This document shows positions 59,456-64,000 of a stretch of DNA of 64,000 nt, one piece after another. Positions within the stretch are counted from its first letter, which is position 1. Each line of letters opens with the position of its first letter. The stretch comes from a virus. The notes beneath the pieces were generated by a model that did not search any database, was not told the origin of the DNA, and worked only from the letters and a program-made list of their open reading frames with translations. The stretch is taken from IMG/VR virus record IMGVR_UViG_3300046534_001361, positions 12,280-76,279 of that record. The stretch is one strand, 5' to 3'. The position numbers and the translations under genes are program-made.

Positions 59456-60117
59456 ATGCGAGGAATTAATAAAGTTATAATCATAGGAAATCTTGGTAAG
59501 GACCCCGATGTTAAATTTTTGCCAAGCGGCGGCGCAGTAGCCAACCTAACAATTGCGACCTCTGAAAAGTGGAAGGACAAGCAAACCGGTGAAGAAAAAG
59601 AAGCTACTGAATGGCACAGGGTGGTGATGTTTAACCGACTTGGTGAAATTGCTGGTGATTTTCTCAAAAAAGGGTCTAAAGTTTACATTGAAGGCAAGCT
59701 TCAGACCCGTAAATGGCAAAACAAACAAGGGCAGGACCAGTATACTACAGAAATTGTAGCCAATGAAATGCAAATGCTAGATTCTCGCCAAGGGCAAGGT
59801 GCGCCAATGGGTGGATCACAACAACAAGGGGGTGTTAATCAGCAAGGCCAGCAACCACAACAAGGTGGCTTTAACCAACCGGCACAAAACCAACCCCAAC
59901 AAGGTAGGGTTAACCAACAAGCACAACAACAGGGTGGTTACCAAAGGCCAGAGCAGAAAAAGCAACCACAACAAGGTGGCTTTAACCAACCGGCACAACA
60001 AAATCAGCCTCAACCGCAGGCTAATGATTATAGAGGTAGCCAACAAGGCGGCGGAAATTTTCCCCAGCGAGGGCAGTAGAGCCGCCAATTGATTTTGACG
60101 ACGATATACCTTTCTGA
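59456..60117 (+). CDS. ssb: Single-stranded DNA-binding protein; frame 0 stops at 60079, acidic tail in -1 frame to 60117
   Basis: [16 protein letters not shown]...TEWHRVV...[14 protein letters not shown] fold; [12 protein letters not shown] is out of frame. Confidence 0.92.
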
Positions 60118-60144
60118 CGGGTACCTGACACAAAGTTTAACGTA

Positions 60145-60465
60145 TTAAATTGTTACTTTTGACTGAGATTTTAACGCTAAAATCTCAGTTTCTTTTTCTT
60201 GCATGTGAAAATTTAGCTGAGCAACTTCAGATTTTAACAGATCAATTTTAGCTAACGCGTCATTTTGCACTTGAGTAATAACCGCCTTAAACTCATCACT
60301 ACCAATTTTTAACGGCTGCAAAGGCATTTCCTTTGTTGAATGCACTTTGCCGCTGTCTAAATCAACCATTTGCTCAATGTGCTTACAGTAAGCTCCCTTC
60401 GGCTCCCCTAAATCATCGTACCTAACTAGCAATTCGTTAACTATTAATTTTGTCGCATAAGTCAT
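60145..60465 (-). CDS. Small tail-fibre-associated protein
   Basis: Follows the fibre gene; ELLVRYDDLGEPKGA plus coiled-coil C-terminus; ATG near 60465 preferred. Confidence 0.5.
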   Translation of the reverse strand: MTYATKLIVNELLVRYDDLGEPKGAYCKHIEQMVDLDSGKVHSTKEMPLQPLKIGSDEFKAVITQVQNDALAKIDLLKSEVAQLNFHMQEKETEILALKSQSKVTI

Positions 60466-60478
60466 GTTTACATACCTT

Positions 60479-62263
60479 TTATGTTGTTGATATTGCTGCG
60501 CCATCGTACGATCTGCGCCATGTTGTGCCATTGCTAACGGATATAACTGACTGTCCAATTACATCATTAGTTACTGTTATTTGTGCATTTGTATTTGCTG
60601 CCGCGCTGGGTACTGTTGCAACTGTGTATACACCAGATTTTATCGGACCTGAAACATCAAGTTTTGTGCTGGGTGATGAGGTTCCAATACCTACATTGCC
60701 TATCGAATCGATACGCAACACTTCCCCCGATAAACCAGCCTCGGGTTTGGTGTAAAATGCTAAATCAGCTCCTGAATCACCTCCTGCGTTAGAGTCTGTA
60801 GTTCTAGTCCACGCTGTTACATATGCCGCATTTTTTGACGTAGTAGCATTATAAGCGGTGCTGGAGTTAGCCTGATTGTAAAACATTACAGAACCCAGTA
60901 GCTGTCCGTTTGCAGTTTGTGAAGCTCCCAATGCCATAGCGTTATGGGTGGTTGTTGACGATCCAATATCTAGAAATTTACCTACAGACCAGTTTGTAAA
61001 AGACCCTGGCGTATTTACCCCAACACCTACGTTACCGCTAAAATCACCATCACCACCACTAACAGTGCTTGATCCAACATCAATATCACCGAATCCGCTA
61101 GTGATTGATCCGCTGTCTAATGCGCCGATTTCAACTTGGTTAGCATCCGATAAATTGGTTACATTGCCAAGGCCCAAACTTATCAATGCTTGCGGAACAT
61201 CTAAAAGGTCTGATAGGTGATTCCCTTTTAATAGCGCACCAGACAACGAGCTAGAGCTACCGCCCTGGATTCCTATTGTGTACTCGACAAATTCAGCTTT
61301 GGCCGGATCTGATGTAAATGTAGCTGTTGATTCGATAAACCACCAGCCGCAAAATGTGGCGTTTTTTAAACTTTCATTTAAGACGTAATTTTCGGTTAAC
61401 GCGCCTGATTTTGCCAAGTCAAGGTTAGCATAATTTCCTTGGCCGTACTGCATAGCAAGACCTCCGTTGCTAAATCGGTAAAGTCTATGCGCAACCCAAG
61501 TAGTTGATCCTAAAGGGATTATGGTTGTGGCGTTATCCCAGGATTTCACAAGGTCCGTTTCGGACGACACCACCGCTGTCTGTGACATTAAAAGGTATGT
61601 CGGGTTTAGTACCTCGGCGAAATCACGAATGTTAGGATTATTGATATCACCGGTCCCGCCCAGTTCCATTAAGGTACCAGATGACATATTAAAACCTAAA
61701 TTATCAGCTCTACCAGTCACAACCTGATCAGTCTTAAAAGGCACTCCCTGAGCAAGCAGATAGGTATATAAATCCCTGATTGTATTAGTGTAATGACCGT
61801 TAGGATTATTTAAATACTCAAATCCGATAATTTGCTGACTAACAGTATTAACAGCAATGCGCATTGTAAACATTTTTCTTGACCAATCCTGCCTTGTCGG
61901 GATCGTCGTTTGTTGCTGTAAAGCATTCGACGTGTCAATATAAACATAGGTAGATTGTGAATTTAAATCTTGAACTGTTATACCTGCTGCGCCTGCGTAA
62001 TTAATAGGGAAATACCCTAGGTCGCTATGCACCTCACCCACAACTGAAGGCTGAGAAAACGTTGTACCGCCTGCAACCACGCTACATACGTAGTTTGTGG
62101 ATACTCCTGTACCTCTGTTTTTTAATATCGCTTGATCGATACCTATGGCAAAATCTTGTAGATTAGTTACAGGACTCACTACTAAACTAGTATTGTCTAA
62201 AGTCACATTATCAGCAGATGATACCCCTGCGGATGATCCAGATCCGGGAAAATTTGCAGTCAT
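60479..62263 (-). CDS. Tail fibre/virion structural protein
   Basis: GNVGVGVNTP and GNVGIGTSSPSTKLDVSG fibre repeats; NHLSDL..ALISLGLGNVTN segment. Confidence 0.7.
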   Translation of the reverse strand: MTANFPGSGSSAGVSSADNVTLDNTSLVVSPVTNLQDFAIGIDQAILKNRGTGVSTNYVCSVVAGGTTFSQPSVVGEVHSDLGYFPINYAGAAGITVQDLNSQSTYVYIDTSNALQQQTTIPTRQDWSRKMFTMRIAVNTVSQQIIGFEYLNNPNGHYTNTIRDLYTYLLAQGVPFKTDQVVTGRADNLGFNMSSGTLMELGGTGDINNPNIRDFAEVLNPTYLLMSQTAVVSSETDLVKSWDNATTIIPLGSTTWVAHRLYRFSNGGLAMQYGQGNYANLDLAKSGALTENYVLNESLKNATFCGWWFIESTATFTSDPAKAEFVEYTIGIQGGSSSSLSGALLKGNHLSDLLDVPQALISLGLGNVTNLSDANQVEIGALDSGSITSGFGDIDVGSSTVSGGDGDFSGNVGVGVNTPGSFTNWSVGKFLDIGSSTTTHNAMALGASQTANGQLLGSVMFYNQANSSTAYNATTSKNAAYVTAWTRTTDSNAGGDSGADLAFYTKPEAGLSGEVLRIDSIGNVGIGTSSPSTKLDVSGPIKSGVYTVATVPSAAANTNAQITVTNDVIGQSVISVSNGTTWRRSYDGAAISTT

Positions 62264-62613
62264 GATGTTGCACTCGCAATTTTAAGTGTATAGTAATTTG
62301 CACCAACGGCCAGTGATGGGTCAATTTGGAAAAACTTAAGGTACGCGTTGGCAGAGGGTCTATTATAGCTGCCTCCTAAAGTCACAGTTCCATTTTCTAC
62401 GGTTCCAAAATTAGAATTTGTTTCGGAAGCCGTCAGCGTAACAGAGCCGGTCATAGCAGAAACTAATATCTCGTGTGCTCGGCCAACATCAGAGTAAAAT
62501 GTTATTGAAGCTGTATGTTTAATCAACTTATCGGAAATTTCAAATGTTTTGATCCCATCTGAAACGACACCCTCAAAGTTTTTTAGTGTAAAATATCCGC
62601 CCATTACCGGCAC
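62260..62613 (-). CDS. Small virion-associated beta protein
   Basis: GAGGT RBS, coupled to the fibre gene. Confidence 0.5.
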   Translation of the reverse strand: MPVMGGYFTLKNFEGVVSDGIKTFEISDKLIKHTASITFYSDVGRAHEILVSAMTGSVTLTASETNSNFGTVENGTVTLGGSYNRPSANAYLKFFQIDPSLAVGANYYTLKIASATS

Positions 62614-62660
62614 CTCTCAAATTTAATAATTATAATACGATTAATTAATCAACGCTAGCG

Positions 62661-64000
62661 TTAAGTGCCCCATGACAAAAATCCCGCTTGAGTTGGCGCG
62701 TAAGTTTGCTCACTTGAATTAACCAGCAATCTGACTTTTGCAGAGTTATTTAAACTAACCCATGGCAACATAGGCTGTGTTATTGCCCCTCTGCCTGAGT
62801 GCGATCCAATCAATACATTGTTAACATAAACAAAATAATCACCAAGGTCTAAATCGATTTCTAGTCCGATAATATCGTCAACTGCTGCCGGGCTTGGAAA
62901 TGCCGTTGTTAGTGCGCCAGAGCCTGTAAGTGTTGAAGTTGAACTTTCAATGGCATTCGACACGTAAACAAATTGGCCCGTAGGCGCTGATAATTCAACG
63001 CTAAACCCTGACTCTGCAAGCCCTAGTTTAGTGTCAGTATCTGAAACTCCAGAAGCATCAACTCTATATTCTATGTACCATTTACCGCCAGTTCTAGCGA
63101 TTAAACCCCGAACGTTTGAAAGTGATCCAGTTGACTCAATGATCCGATCCAAATTTGATATTGTGGCCTGGGTTGAAATGTCAAGCGGGTTAAAATGCTC
63201 CGTTGACGTCTGGCCCCAAGGTAAGTACCCTGCCGTTTGTGGTCCATGAATAAATTCGCTGGTATTAATAAGTAATTTACACTCAGCAACACCAGCACCA
63301 CTATTACCCAAAAAGCGAGCAAAAGGCATCATTTTAATCGGATAATTCCCAGCGGTTAACTGGCCGGTTGCAACACCGTTTATATAACCAACGGCCAACC
63401 CAGTATCAAGATCAATTTCCAAACCTAATATTGTAGTTTGATTCGCCTGTTGAGTGCTACTAGACGAGCCTGTACTTATCGATCCAGATGTCGGGGTTTT
63501 CATTCCTAAACTACTGACATCATTAGATTGTGCGTTGTAGGGTTCAAAATTTAATAAACCGCCAAAACTTACAGTTGTTTTACTTATCACACCACACAAA
63601 AATTTAACCGGTTGATTAGACGATGAACAAGAAAACTCAATAAATCTTTTACCGTCAAGATGCTCTATAATACCCCGAGCCTCAATAATCACATTTGTAG
63701 CACCTGAGCGCTGTATTATTGTTCCTGCGGAAATTAAAGTAAATTCCGGCCCTGTATCTGCTGGGTTCCAGTGGGAAGCTACCGTTGATGTCACCGCTAT
63801 AGCATCTGATGGACTATTAAGCGACCCATCATTGACGACAAGACTAACATCATACGTGCCATCTAAATCAGCTGTAAATGTTGGATTAACTACCGTCGTA
63901 CTGCTCAATACCGCAGTGCTCGTTGCTGGTTTTGCAGTCATACTCCACAAGTAGGTGATCACATCACCAGCGTCAGGATCTGAACTGCCCGAACCGTCAA
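62661..64000 (-). CDS. PKD-domain + two SPRY/ConA-like domain protein (5' end beyond window)
   Basis: Frame is open to the window edge: DGSGSSDPDAGDVITYLW...FTADLDGTYDVSLVVNDG (PKD); two GKxxIE...LGLEIDLDxG...PxxAGxLxWG repeats. Confidence 0.75.
   Translation of the reverse strand, partial: DGSGSSDPDAGDVITYLWSMTAKPATSTAVLSSTTVVNPTFTADLDGTYDVSLVVNDGSLNSPSDAIAVTSTVASHWNPADTGPEFTLISAGTIIQRSGATNVIIEARGIIEHLDGKRFIEFSCSSSNQPVKFLCGVISKTTVSFGGLLNFEPYNAQSNDVSSLGMKTPTSGSISTGSSSSTQQANQTTILGLEIDLDTGLAVGYINGVATGQLTAGNYPIKMMPFARFLGNSGAGVAECKLLINTSEFIHGPQTAGYLPWGQTSTEHFNPLDISTQATISNLDRIIESTGSLSNVRGLIARTGGKWYIEYRVDASGVSDTDTKLGLAESGFSVELSAPTGQFVYVSNAIESSTSTLTGSGALTTAFPSPAAVDDIIGLEIDLDLGDYFVYVNNVLIGSHSGRGAITQPMLPWVSLNNSAKVRLLVNSSEQTYAPTQAGFLSWGT

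Noticed and set aside
59799-60133. Overlapping ORFs 59799..60092(+) and 59816..60133(-)
   Set aside because: Shadows of the Gln/Gly-rich, internally duplicated SSB linker.

Overview
The whole window is tailed dsDNA phage DNA (siphovirus-like, AT-rich; the SSB and DnaB types suggest a marine gammaproteobacterial host). No integrase, cI or host genes are visible. Layout: (i) 1-6.6 kb, minus strand: head and neck genes (MuF-like minor head protein, DUF4055 portal, scaffold, P22-like coat, adaptors, tail terminator). (ii) 6.9-15.3 kb: early/accessory genes and an M15 endolysin, separating the head genes from terS/terL (16.1-18.3 kb). (iii) 18.4-38 kb: accessory genes, including an SNF2-IbrA-IbrB module, Acb2, two GNATs, a holin, an HslV-like protease and an NrtS-like protein. 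(iv) 39.9-47.8 kb: NinG, DUF1367, MT-A70, DnaB, DnaC, an iteron-bearing initiator, KilA-N and a Cro-like HTH. (v) 51-60 kb: an interrupted C5-MTase, a small-RNA cluster with tRNA(CAU), RecT, YqaJ and SSB. (vi) 60-64 kb: distal virion/tail genes. The most striking unexplained structure is a dispersed cassette system. A conserved stem-loop + promoter + leader element occurs about 11 times (full or partial). It repeatedly frames six mosaic paralogs (plus one relic) of an Imm5-like protein with a hypervariable Ala/Tyr/Asn tract, and it also frames unrelated cargo. Two more near-identical gene families lie in inverted orientation. Also notable: the SSB acidic tail is in the -1 frame behind an A_AAT_TTT slippery site, and a CI/C4-like structured RNA sits upstream of a tRNA-like element and the tRNA. 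All family assignments are from motif recognition by eye, not database searches.
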